From IMG/VR virus record IMGVR_UViG_3300018432_000570, positions 1 to 62,168 of that record: a stretch of DNA of 62,168 nucleotides. One strand, written 5' to 3'. The notes beneath the pieces were generated by a model, which made no database searches, was not told the origin of the DNA, and saw only the letters and a program-made list of their open reading frames with translations. This stretch comes from a virus. Its lineage: Duplodnaviria > Caudoviricetes. Below are positions 53,070 through 62,000 of this stretch, in pieces. A program made the translations under genes and the position numbers. Position 1 is the first letter of the stretch; every line of letters begins with the position of its first letter.

Positions 53070-53741
53070 ATGGCTGCTGATACTCAGGACTATGCGTTCC
53101 CACCCAAGATAGCGGGCGCCGTCGTCAAGGTAATGGCTGAGCTTCGCACACTTGCGAAGGACCATACCCGCAACGACTCTGGAGCGCGATACGACTTCGC
53201 CTCCATTGACGACTTTTTGAAGCATGTTCGCGGGCCAATGGCCGACGCCGGACTCTTCATCATCCCTGGCGAAGCGCGTGATGCCGAGACACAGGAGGTT
53301 ACCAAAAAAGATGGCAAGTCCACGGTCATGTGGAACGCGCGCTTCGCTTTCACTCTTGTCCATGCGGACGGCGAATCCTACGGGCCGATTTACAAGGGCG
53401 TCAGCGTCCTAGCAACCGGCGCACAGTCGGCCGGGTCGGCGCAGTCCTATGCGCTCAAACAGTTCCTTCGCGGGCTGTTTCTGATCCCGACCGGCGACGA
53501 CGACGACCCAGACAAGGCAGGGGTCGAGATCGCCAGCAAGGGCGAACATCAGACCGACCTCCAGAAGCTGGCCGGCGCGATCCGCAAGCGCATACGCGAT
53601 GCTAGCGACCTCGCCGAATTGGGCCTGCGCTGGAGCGACAGCGAACTCGACCTGGAGCTGATCAAGGGCGCGTCGGAAACCGCCTTCGAGTTCCTTCGGA
53701 AGGAATACGACAATCGCAAACGCGAATTGGAGGACGCATAA
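53070..53741 (+). CDS. ERF family ssDNA-annealing protein
   Basis: YDFASIDD, AGSAQSYALK..L..LF.IPTGDDDDPD. Confidence 0.85.
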   Translation: MAADTQDYAFPPKIAGAVVKVMAELRTLAKDHTRNDSGARYDFASIDDFLKHVRGPMADAGLFIIPGEARDAETQEVTKKDGKSTVMWNARFAFTLVHADGESYGPIYKGVSVLATGAQSAGSAQSYALKQFLRGLFLIPTGDDDDPDKAGVEIASKGEHQTDLQKLAGAIRKRIRDASDLAELGLRWSDSELDLELIKGASETAFEFLRKEYDNRKRELEDA

Positions 53742-54184
53742 TGTCGGGGCTTAATAAATGCTGCTTCATCGGCAACCTGGGCGATGACCCGGAAAGCCGA
53801 TCGCTGAACAACGGCGGCGAGGTCGTGAACCTTCGCCTGGCCGTTTCAGAATCGTGGAAAGACAAGGACGGCAATCGGCAAGAGCGCACGGAATGGGTCC
53901 GCGTCACGATTTTCAACGAAGGCCTTGGCAAGGTAGCCAAGAGCTACCTGCGCAAAGGCTCCAAGGTCTATTTGGAAGGGCAACTCCAAACCCGCAAATG
54001 GACCGACCAGTCCGGCGCCGACCGCTATTCGACCGAGGTTGTGCTTCAGCGCTTCCGCGGCGAGCTGGTGTTGCTGGATAGCGCTAAATCCGGCGGCGCC
54101 GAGAATCAATCCCACGAGCCCGGGAACGGCGGAAATCCGCACTTTTCGGGCGGCGCCGACCTCGATGACGACGTGTCGTTCTGA
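53741..54184 (+). CDS. ssb: Single-stranded DNA-binding protein
   Basis: NK...IGNLG.DPE, TEW, KGSKVYLEGQLQTRKW, acidic tail DDDVSF. Confidence 0.97.
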   Translation: MSGLNKCCFIGNLGDDPESRSLNNGGEVVNLRLAVSESWKDKDGNRQERTEWVRVTIFNEGLGKVAKSYLRKGSKVYLEGQLQTRKWTDQSGADRYSTEVVLQRFRGELVLLDSAKSGGAENQSHEPGNGGNPHFSGGADLDDDVSF

Positions 54185-54528
54185 TGCTCCCCCAGCGCCG
54201 CCATAAGAACAGCGAGAGGGTCCGCGAGACCCGCGAATGTCCGAGCCATCGCAAGTGGGTCAGGGGCTTTGCGTGCAGCATGTGTGGGCACGCCGGCACC
54301 GAGGCGAACCCGATCATCGCCGCGCATGTCCGGCTCGGTACGTTGGGCGGGGCCGGGCTGAAGCCGTCGGACCGCTGGGTCGTAAGCCTCTGCGACGAAT
54401 GCCACACGGCTCAGCACCGGATGGGCGAGAAAAGCTTCTGGCTCCTCAAGGGCATCAGTCCTCAGATCCTTGCCGAGGAGTTTGCCCGCAAGTCGCCCCA
54501 CTGGCCGAAGCTAAGGGCGATGTCGTAA
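54184..54528 (+). CDS. DUF968-like HNH nuclease
   Basis: H..WVR...C..CG...AAHVR...KPSDRW..SLC..CH..QH..GE. Confidence 0.75.
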   Translation: MLPQRRHKNSERVRETRECPSHRKWVRGFACSMCGHAGTEANPIIAAHVRLGTLGGAGLKPSDRWVVSLCDECHTAQHRMGEKSFWLLKGISPQILAEEFARKSPHWPKLRAMS

Positions 54529-54953
54529 TGGCTGACTCCCCGCCCCTCCTGTTCCAGAAGCGCCTTGGCGGCCTGTTCCCGGCGAACCCTGCGGCCGAGC
54601 AAGCCATGGCCGCGGTCGACGGACGGGTCCGCGTCGAGATCAAGTCGATGCGCGGCAATGCCAAGCGGAACGCGCTCTACTGGTCCTGCCTCTCGGTAGC
54701 CGTCCCCATGCTGGACGAGAAGGCCCCCGGGCTGACGGTGGATCTGCTCCACAAGGTTCTGAAGGACCGCGCCGGCCTGGTGCGCGTGATCGAACTGCCG
54801 AGCGGCGAGAAGGTCAAGGATTACGAGTCCATCAGCTTCGCCAAGATGACGGAGCCTGAGCGTGCGGGATTCATCGACTTCGGGTTGAAGACTGTCTCGT
54901 CGTGGCTGGGGGTTCCGGTGGAAGATTTGCTCAAGGAAGGTGACGCGGCATGA
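54528..54953 (+). CDS. NinB/DUF1367-like protein
   Basis: RN..YW, SISFAKMT..E; position after ssb. Confidence 0.65.
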   Translation: MADSPPLLFQKRLGGLFPANPAAEQAMAAVDGRVRVEIKSMRGNAKRNALYWSCLSVAVPMLDEKAPGLTVDLLHKVLKDRAGLVRVIELPSGEKVKDYESISFAKMTEPERAGFIDFGLKTVSSWLGVPVEDLLKEGDAA

Positions 54954-55237
54954 AGCTCGCATACGGCATTCCCTGTGCCTGGTGGAGTCCGAAAGGATTG
55001 GACGGCGATGTCGATGCATCCCTCAATCGCCCTGTATCTTCTTGGCCCCTATGTCGCGCCTGAGCCTCTGGGCGAGCCTTCCGAGTGTGTTGCTTGGTAC
55101 GACCGGTTCCGCCGTTGGCGCCTCATCCTCGCCCACTATCCCAACGGCCGCTCTGCCACGGTTCGCATCGACGCCAACAGGAATTGGAAAACCACCGTCG
55201 GGGATGTGACCGAACTTAAGAGGGAAGGACAAGATCA

Positions 55238-55555
55238 ATGAACGCCACGACGCATCAGGTCTGTGTCGCCAAGGGCTGCGGAAAGGGACTTGCAGTCGTC
55301 TATTCCGACGGCTGGGGACTGTGCCTTGACCACCTTAACCTCTTCCCGGAAGGCGCCAGCCTCACGTGGGAATCTTCGACGTCCGGGGGCCTAGCGGCCG
55401 GGACCTCCGTGTGGAACCGCAACGCGCTGGGAATTCGGACCACCCTGGTTGCTCACTTTGGCTTCGGCGAGGAGGCCAAGGCTCGAGCTTCACACCTCGT
55501 GTCCAACCACAATGAGATCATTCGGCGCCTCTTTGCGGAAGGCGATTTACAGTGA
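55238..55555 (+). CDS. Hypothetical protein
   Basis: ATGA-coupled, Cys-rich N-terminus. Confidence 0.5.
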   Translation: MNATTHQVCVAKGCGKGLAVVYSDGWGLCLDHLNLFPEGASLTWESSTSGGLAAGTSVWNRNALGIRTTLVAHFGFGEEAKARASHLVSNHNEIIRRLFAEGDLQ

Positions 55556-56295
55556 CCCGCGATAGCAACAGCGACCCGCAGGGCGAAGACCGGAACGGGC
55601 TGAGTGGCGAAGCCATCGCAGAGCGGCCTGCCGAAGAGCAGGCATCGCCCAACCCCGAGTCTATCCACCCTTCTACTAAAGGAGAGATAGAGCGGGTCGT
55701 GCGGATCATTCGTCGCGAGCTGGACGGCCCTGCGCTTCAGTCCTCAGCAATCCGCTCGGCTGCCGAAAAGATTGTTTCTGCCCTCCAGTCCCCACCCCCT
55801 ATCCAGGATGAGCGACTGGAACTGCGATTATTGATGTCCGAGCAATTCGGGGTCGCAGCTGAGGAAGAAATTGAGCGACTGAGGAAGGCGCTGGAGCAGC
55901 TTGTCGATTGTGAGCCGGAAGCCGAGCACGCAAGCGAGCCGCTGTCGCAAGCCGACCTTGCAGTGATCGATGCATACTCCGCCCTCTCCCCCACCCCTGT
56001 AGCTGCCCCCACTGATGGCAGCACTGATGGCACCTCTATAGCTGTATCCGATAAGCGGATCCCGTTGACGCCTGGTGGCATACCAGAGGGCGAGTTCGAG
56101 CGTCGGGCGGAAGTTCGAGCCGACGCCCGGGCTGCATCCGATAAGCCGGAAGGGGAAGCGCTGGGACGACGACTGACGTCCCATTACGAACATCTGCGAA
56201 CCTGGGCAATCCCGCTCCACATCCTTCGCGATATCGAGTCGGCAGGTAAGTTCCTCGCCTCTCTCCCCACCGATAAGACGGGAGGCGGGGAATGA
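55552..56295 (+). CDS. Mosaic hypothetical protein
   Basis: Coupled ORF; starts across hairpin element copy 3. Confidence 0.55.
   Translation: MTRDSNSDPQGEDRNGLSGEAIAERPAEEQASPNPESIHPSTKGEIERVVRIIRRELDGPALQSSAIRSAAEKIVSALQSPPPIQDERLELRLLMSEQFGVAAEEEIERLRKALEQLVDCEPEAEHASEPLSQADLAVIDAYSALSPTPVAAPTDGSTDGTSIAVSDKRIPLTPGGIPEGEFERRAEVRADARAASDKPEGEALGRRLTSHYEHLRTWAIPLHILRDIESAGKFLASLPTDKTGGGE
55561..55650 (+). repeat. Multi-hairpin element, copy 3
   Basis: Shares GATAGC, CGAAGA, GCTGAG, AGAGCG, ATCGCCC linkers with copy 2. Confidence 0.75.
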
Positions 56296-56421
56296 GCAAG
56301 CTCGACCCTTTGCGCGGTTATAAGGCCGCCCTCCCGCATCTACGCGCCGCCAGAGCAGCCTATCGCGCCGCCATGGGCCTCCCTCCTGAGCAGCCGCAGC
56401 CCTCCCGCGAGGATTCGTCCA

Positions 56422-57450
56422 ATGTCAGATGAGAACGAACTGCTGGCGTGTCCGATCTGCGGAAAGCAGCCCAACCTGACTGAGCGCGGTTCGGCGGGAT
56501 ATTCCTGTCACGGAGCCGAGCCGCCGCATCGGGTGTGGTCGTACGGCGCGACTGAACCCGAAGCTCGCGCTGCATGGAACACCCGCCCCACCCCGGCTCT
56601 ACCGGAGGAGCGGGAGAAGCTGGTCGAGAACCTTCGGAGCTTTGAAGCCGTCATCCGTTCCGAGGTGGCGCAGGATCGGGAGAACGGGTGGAATGCCTCG
56701 GCCGATATGCGCGAACGTCGAGCGGACGAACTGGCCGCGACAATCACCTACATCCAAATCGCTCCTGTCCCCATCGCTTCTCTACCGGACGAAGCGAGAC
56801 AGGCGTTGGGCTATTTCATGCGGGCCTATGAGGGGATCGCCGCCGACAGCTTCGATGGGATCGAGGAGCGCTATTCCCTGCTGTTGCAGGAAGGCTCGAA
56901 CCGAGCCCAACGTGTCCTGGGCGATGACGCGCCGCGCCTGTCTGACCCTCTACCGGACGAAGAGGCGGTAGAGCTTGTCCGGCGCAACATTGAGGCACTG
57001 CTGATCGCAAAGGCGGCGAGGCGGGATTCGCCTGATTACGAGGCCGACCTGCGACAGTGCGCCGAGCATGTCGTTCGCCTCGCCTCCATCCCCTCCACGG
57101 AAGGGCTGAGGGAAGCGCTGGAGAATTTGGTCGCAGCGGTCGAAAGCCGCGCCGGCTCAGGCTCACCAGACGAGCCGACCATGACCCAACGGCTGATTGA
57201 GGCAAAGGCCGCCCTCCGCGCTTCACCCAAGGGGATGACGGATCCAACTGTTACGGAAAATGTAAAGGTTGCCCCTGGCTATGTCGCCGTACCGATAGAG
57301 CCGAAGCCTGAAATGCTCGCGGCTTGGTATCGGCAGAAGAATACCGGATCGCAGGAGCCAGGTGTGTACGGGCCCGACTGCAGCGATGTCGATGCCTACC
57401 GCGCCATGCTCGCCGCCTCTCCTTATCCTTCTGGGGGGATAGACCGGTGA
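56422..57450 (+). CDS. Mosaic protein with Lar-like N-terminus
   Basis: ELLACPICG...ARAAWNTR; C-terminal VAVPIEP..EM...YRAMLAA module. Confidence 0.65.
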   Translation: MSDENELLACPICGKQPNLTERGSAGYSCHGAEPPHRVWSYGATEPEARAAWNTRPTPALPEEREKLVENLRSFEAVIRSEVAQDRENGWNASADMRERRADELAATITYIQIAPVPIASLPDEARQALGYFMRAYEGIAADSFDGIEERYSLLLQEGSNRAQRVLGDDAPRLSDPLPDEEAVELVRRNIEALLIAKAARRDSPDYEADLRQCAEHVVRLASIPSTEGLREALENLVAAVESRAGSGSPDEPTMTQRLIEAKAALRASPKGMTDPTVTENVKVAPGYVAVPIEPKPEMLAAWYRQKNTGSQEPGVYGPDCSDVDAYRAMLAASPYPSGGIDR

Positions 57451-57464
57451 GGTTTGACGCTTAT

Positions 57465-57521
57465 CGCGCTCTCGCCCTTCGGGCCGAGCCGCTGTGCGTC
57501 TCGTCGCTTCGCGCTTCGATC
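57465..57521 (-). repeat. Multi-hairpin element, copy 4 (inverted, partial)
   Basis: GATCGAAGC GCGAAGC GACGAGA CGCACAGCG GCTCG GCCCGAAGGGC GAGAGCGC aligns with copy 1. Confidence 0.65.
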
Positions 57522-57540
57522 ACGGCGAGGGGGGACTGAC

Positions 57541-57942
57541 ATGGGCGCCGAACTGCCCCTCACCGCCCGGCACTGGTTCAGGCAAAGCGAGCTTGGTAAG
57601 GGCATCCGTCTGGACGGCGACCAGCTCGACCTCCTCAATGCCATCGGCGTCGGGGAGATCATCGCCACGGCCCTCGCTCAACACCAGAGGAACCAATGCC
57701 AGCAACGCGCCGCCCGAAGCCGCTCTACCAGCGGGGAGAATTCCGGCTCTACAAAGGGCGTGGGGGCCTCGAAGTCGTCTGGTACGACCAGCGGCGAAAG
57801 CGGGAGCGAAGCAGCAGCGCGGGCACGTCGGACGAGAGGAAGGGGCGGATTGCGCTCGATAACCTCTACGTCGAAACTCACGGCGGCGTCCCGGTCTGTC
57901 CCGAGTGCGGACGGGCCCGAGACCAAAGCGGCGAACTCGTAA
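57541..57942 (+). CDS. Hypothetical protein overlapping the integrase (excisionase position)
   Basis: GAGGGGGGA RBS; first ~55 aa protein-like, remainder overlaps int. Confidence 0.5.
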   Translation: MGAELPLTARHWFRQSELGKGIRLDGDQLDLLNAIGVGEIIATALAQHQRNQCQQRAARSRSTSGENSGSTKGVGASKSSGTTSGESGSEAAARARRTRGRGGLRSITSTSKLTAASRSVPSADGPETKAANS

Positions 57943-58871
57943 CCGTGCTGGTCGCCAATTACCTCGAAACGAAGCCGGCCGGCGATGCGGTCCACCCTCG
58001 CCTGGCGCACATCCTGGACTTCCAGGAGGCGACCGGTCGGGTGGAAGATCGCTGCGATGTTGTCGATTCGAAGTGGGCGGGGGATTTTCGGGCATGGCTA
58101 GCGGGCAAAGGCGATCGGAGCCGGGCCCCAGGCACGATCGAGAATAGCCTGATCCAACTCGCCGCGGCCTTTCGTGCCGGCGGTGTCGCTCCCGCCTTCA
58201 CCACCATTCCAACCATCGAGTTGAACCGGACACCGCAGTACCGGGCCGATGTCCCGACGTTGGCGGCGATGTTCAAATATGCGCTCGAGCCCGACTTGAA
58301 GCGCGACAACCTGCTTCGGTTCCTTCGCGCCAGCGTGGCGACGTGGGGCCGGCCGGACGCCGTCTACGACATCAGCACGGAGCGCAAGCGGGCTCAGTGG
58401 CATCCCCGGGCAAGCGTCCTGTCCCTGAACCCGGCTGGGCGCCGCCAGACGCGCAAGCGCCGGGCAACAGTGCCGATCGCCAAGCAGTTCGCGCCGCACC
58501 TGAACGAGGTCTCAGGCTTCTACGTGCCGGTGTCGAGCGTGAAGCGCGCTTGGCAATCCATGGCGAAGGAGTTGAAGCTTCCGGATGAAGGCGAGGCCGG
58601 CACGAAGCTGGTCCGTCGATCGATGATGACGCTCGCTCGCAAGCGTTTGGGCGAAGAGCATTGGATCCAGGGTCGGATGATGGCGGGACACGTCCCGGTC
58701 AACGTGAGCGACCTCTACGCCTTGTTCGATCCGGCCAATCTCGGGCGCGCTTTGGCGGTCACGGAAGCAATAATTGAAGAGATCGAATCACTCGCGCCAG
58801 GAGCGTTTTACCGCGACTTTACCGCGCAGGGTGGTAATGTGTCCCCTATCGCGAGGGCAAAAAATGCATAG
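57696..58871 (+). CDS. int: Tyrosine integrase
   Basis: TWGRP (R), KLVRR, MAGH, DLY; ends 16 bp before the att core. Confidence 0.85.
   Translation: MPATRRPKPLYQRGEFRLYKGRGGLEVVWYDQRRKRERSSSAGTSDERKGRIALDNLYVETHGGVPVCPECGRARDQSGELVTVLVANYLETKPAGDAVHPRLAHILDFQEATGRVEDRCDVVDSKWAGDFRAWLAGKGDRSRAPGTIENSLIQLAAAFRAGGVAPAFTTIPTIELNRTPQYRADVPTLAAMFKYALEPDLKRDNLLRFLRASVATWGRPDAVYDISTERKRAQWHPRASVLSLNPAGRRQTRKRRATVPIAKQFAPHLNEVSGFYVPVSSVKRAWQSMAKELKLPDEGEAGTKLVRRSMMTLARKRLGEEHWIQGRMMAGHVPVNVSDLYALFDPANLGRALAVTEAIIEEIESLAPGAFYRDFTAQGGNVSPIARAKNA
58807..58827 (+). repeat. Putative integrase arm-type sites (right)
   Basis: TTTACCGCG-ac-TTTACCGCGC. Confidence 0.65.
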
Positions 58872-58886
58872 TTCTCAAGGAGAAAA

Positions 58887-58940
58887 ATGGTGGGCGTGGC
58901 AAGGATTGAACTTGCGACCCCTGCGATGTCAACACAGTGC
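58887..58940 (-). repeat. Right att site
   Basis: 54-bp repeat of 13178-13231. Confidence 0.97.
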
Positions 58941-58962
58941 TCTACCACTGAGCTACACGCCC
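58888..58962 (-). tRNA. tRNA-Val(GAC)
   Basis: GGGCGTGTAGCTCAGTGGTAGAGCACTGTGTTGACATCGCAGGGGTCGCAAGTTCAATCCTTGCCACGCCCACCA: full cloverleaf, encoded CCA. Confidence 0.97.
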
Positions 58963-59081
58963 ACTGGGGGGCTCTCTAGTCAACGCCCCGCCGGGGCGCA
59001 ACCCGCCTCGCCACCAAGGCGTCGAGAGCCCGGTCGCCCCCCTCCCCGCGGCATCTCGGCCGGGCCGTGGGCGATCGCCGG

Positions 59082-62000
59082 TCAGGCCGCCCGGGTGAGC
59101 TCTTGAGGGGGATCCCCTCCCGAATGCGCGGCGACGTCCCGGGCGATGTCCAAGAGCCGTTCCTCCCAGACGATTGACCCGAGGTCGCAGTAACGCAGGT
59201 CGTCCAGATCGAGATAGGCCAGGCCGGCGGCGCTCCTGGCCGCTTCCCAGCTCCGGACGACCGACCGGTAGGGCCGTTTCGTCGCGGGGTTCGGGACCAG
59301 CCAGGCGCATCCCGGCCAGCGGGGAAGCTCGGCGAGCAAGGTCAGGGCGGCGACCGTGAGGCGCAGCTCGCGTATCTTCTCGCCGCCCGGCATGTCGAGG
59401 CGCCACACGCCCACCGCCAGGTCGAGCTGGTCCCATCGGGCGTTGAGGATCTCGCCCGGACGCGCGCCCGTCAGCATCAGCAGCGAGAGGATGAAGCGCA
59501 GCTGCCGGTTATAGCCGTTGCGAGCGGCCTCGAGCAGCCTTTCCGCCTCGGCCGCGGTCAACAGGATATCGCCCTGGCCCCGCCGGTCGAACCGGAAGCT
59601 GCCCTCGAGAGGATTCGAATCCGCCCCGGGCAGCTTCAGCTCGACGGCCAGCGCCCACATCCGGCTGAGCAGGCTATGAAGCCGACTGTCGGTCCCGGGG
59701 GGCAGGCCTTCCGCCTCGCCCTTCGCCGCCAGCCAGGTGACGATATCCGTTTCGCTTACCTGATCGAGCCGAAGCTGGCCGAATCGGGGCAGGATATGGT
59801 TGCGCAGATCGCGCTTGGCGCCTTCGCGGCTTTGCTCGTCGCCGCGCACGCTTTCGAGATAGCGCTCCGAAACCTCCCGGAAGGTCGGAACGTCGGAGCC
59901 TGCAAGGCCTGCCGACAATTGCATGTGGATCGGTACGGCCGGCTCTCGCGATCGCGGCGCCAGGGTGAGGCCCAGCTTCGTGGCGAGCTCCTCGAGCGGC
60001 GCCGGATTCTCGCCGTCCCCGACATCCTTGTCCGGATCTCCGGGGTTCGGCAGGCCGAGCGTCCCGAGCACGTAAGGCGAGACCCGGTGGCTGGTGCACA
60101 ATCCCCCGTCCCCGTCGTCGACCAGCTCCTGCTCGAAGGCGATTCCGTGCTGCCGGCCCGCCGCCCGGCTGACCCGGGCGAAGGCGAGCTGGCCGTCGCC
60201 GAAGTCGACGACGATCAAGGTGCCGAGCGGCGCCTCCGAAGCCCCTTCGATCAGGGCTCCCGATTCCGACAGGTTGCGCATGATCGCCGTACGGTAGCGA
60301 TGGCCGTGGATGATCCCGACCTTGCGGTACATCGCCTGGCGGTTGCTTCTTTGCCTGGCCGGACCCGCCGGCTCGATGACCCAGTCTCCCGCGTCGAGCC
60401 GACGGCTCAGCTCGTCGCAGCTCAGCGCCTTGCTGTAGACCCAGCCCTGGATATGGCTGACCCGAAGGCTTCGGATCAGCTGGAGCTGATCCATATATTC
60501 GATACCCTCGGCCGTGGTCTCCATGCCGAGGGCTTCCGCCAGCGCGACGATGGCCGCGATGATGGCCCCGTTCCTCGATCCAGGCAAAGTCGCGGCGCGA
60601 ACGAAGGTCTGGTCGATCTTGATCTTGTCGAAGGGTGCCGTTCGCAAATAGCCGAGCGAGGAATAACCCGTCCCGAAATCGTCGAGGGCGAGGCGGACCC
60701 CGATCTCCTTCAGCGTCGTGAACATCGAATCCGTCGAAGGGGATTCGCCGACGAACACCCCCTCAGTGATCTCGAGCTCGAGCCGGTCCGGCGACAGGCC
60801 CGACGTATCGAGGGCCGACTGCACGATGAGGGGCAGCGACTCTTCCATGAACTGGATCGGCGAGACGTTCACCGCGACTCGAAGCTTCACGGGCCAGCCT
60901 GCCGCGTCCTCGCACGCCTTGCGGAGCGCCCATTCCCCCAGGGGGCCGATAAGGCCCGCTTCCTCGGCGATCGGGATGAACAAGGCCGGGGAGATCGGTC
61001 CGCGGCCCGGATGATCCCACCGCATGAGCGCCTCGACGCCGGTGATGCTGTTGTTGGCCGCACTGACGATGGGCTGGTACGCGAGGCTGATTTCTCCTCT
61101 CGAGAGAGCGTCGCGAAGGTCTTCCTCGAGCGCTCTTTTGTCTTCCGCGACCCGCAACAGATCACTCGAGAAGAACCTGAACCGGCCTCGCCCCCCCGAT
61201 TTGGAGGCATAGAGCGCGAGGTCGGCATTGCGGATCAGCTCGTCTCGCGAGGCTCCGTCCACCGGAGCGACGGCGACTCCGATCGACGCTCCGACGATGC
61301 ATCGGCTGCCCTCGACCCAATAAGGCTGCGAGAGAACGGCGATGATGTCCGCCGCCATGTCGCCGATGATCCCGCGGTCCTCGCAATTGGGAAGGATGAT
61401 CTGGAATTCGTCGCCACCCAAACGGAAAACCTTCTCGCGATCGCCGACGATCCGAGTCAGGCGCTCGGCGACCTGCTTGAGGAGGGCGTCCCCGGCGGGA
61501 TGGCCGAGCGTGTCGTTGACCTGCTTGAACCGGTCTAGGTCGATCAGCATGACCGCACACGGCTTGTCCCGATGCGCGGTCTCCAGCAGGCTGTTATCCA
61601 GGATCTCGGACATCCGGCGCCGGTTGGGCAGCCCGGTCAGCGAATCGTATTTGGCGAGCTGCGAGGCATGTTCGGACGACTTGCGCTGCTCGGTCACGTC
61701 GACGGCGCTGCCCCGATAGCCGGTGAACCGGCCCGTCTGGTCGAATTGCGGACATCCCGACACCGACCAGCAGCGGGGATCGCGGGCCTTCGCTGCACGG
61801 ACCGTGACCTTTTCGAAAGCCGATTGCCTGGCGAGAAGAAACGGAAGCGTCCGGCGGCCGGTCAAATCGTCGTCGGCCTGAGCGAAGACTTCTGCGAATC
61901 GCGTTCCCACCAGGGGGGTGTCGTCGTCGCTCAGCGCTTGGGCGATATTGTCGCTGATGTAGGTGAGCTGTCCGTCCGGGTCGATCGACCAGAACCAGCC

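Larger units (their letters stand above)
48351..53112 (+). other. Run of ~16 small translationally coupled early hypothetical genes
   Basis: Mostly ATGA/GTGA overlaps (48351, 48563, 48997, 49188, 49388, 49684, 49968, 50567, 50812, 51081, 51323, 51556, 51684, 52587); DUF551-like WRPI...THW modules in two of them. Confidence 0.7.
13178..58940. mobile_element. Integrated temperate prophage (~45.8 kb), apparently complete
   Basis: att repeats, integrase, cI/cro, replication, terminase, head, tail and lysis genes all present between the repeats. Confidence 0.97.

Noticed and set aside
50244-57521. CRISPR array or intrinsic terminators
   Set aside because: Copies are kilobases apart, diverged, without cas genes or U-tracts.
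59676-61538. 620-aa + strand ORF
   Set aside because: Antisense shadow of the GGDEF-EAL gene.
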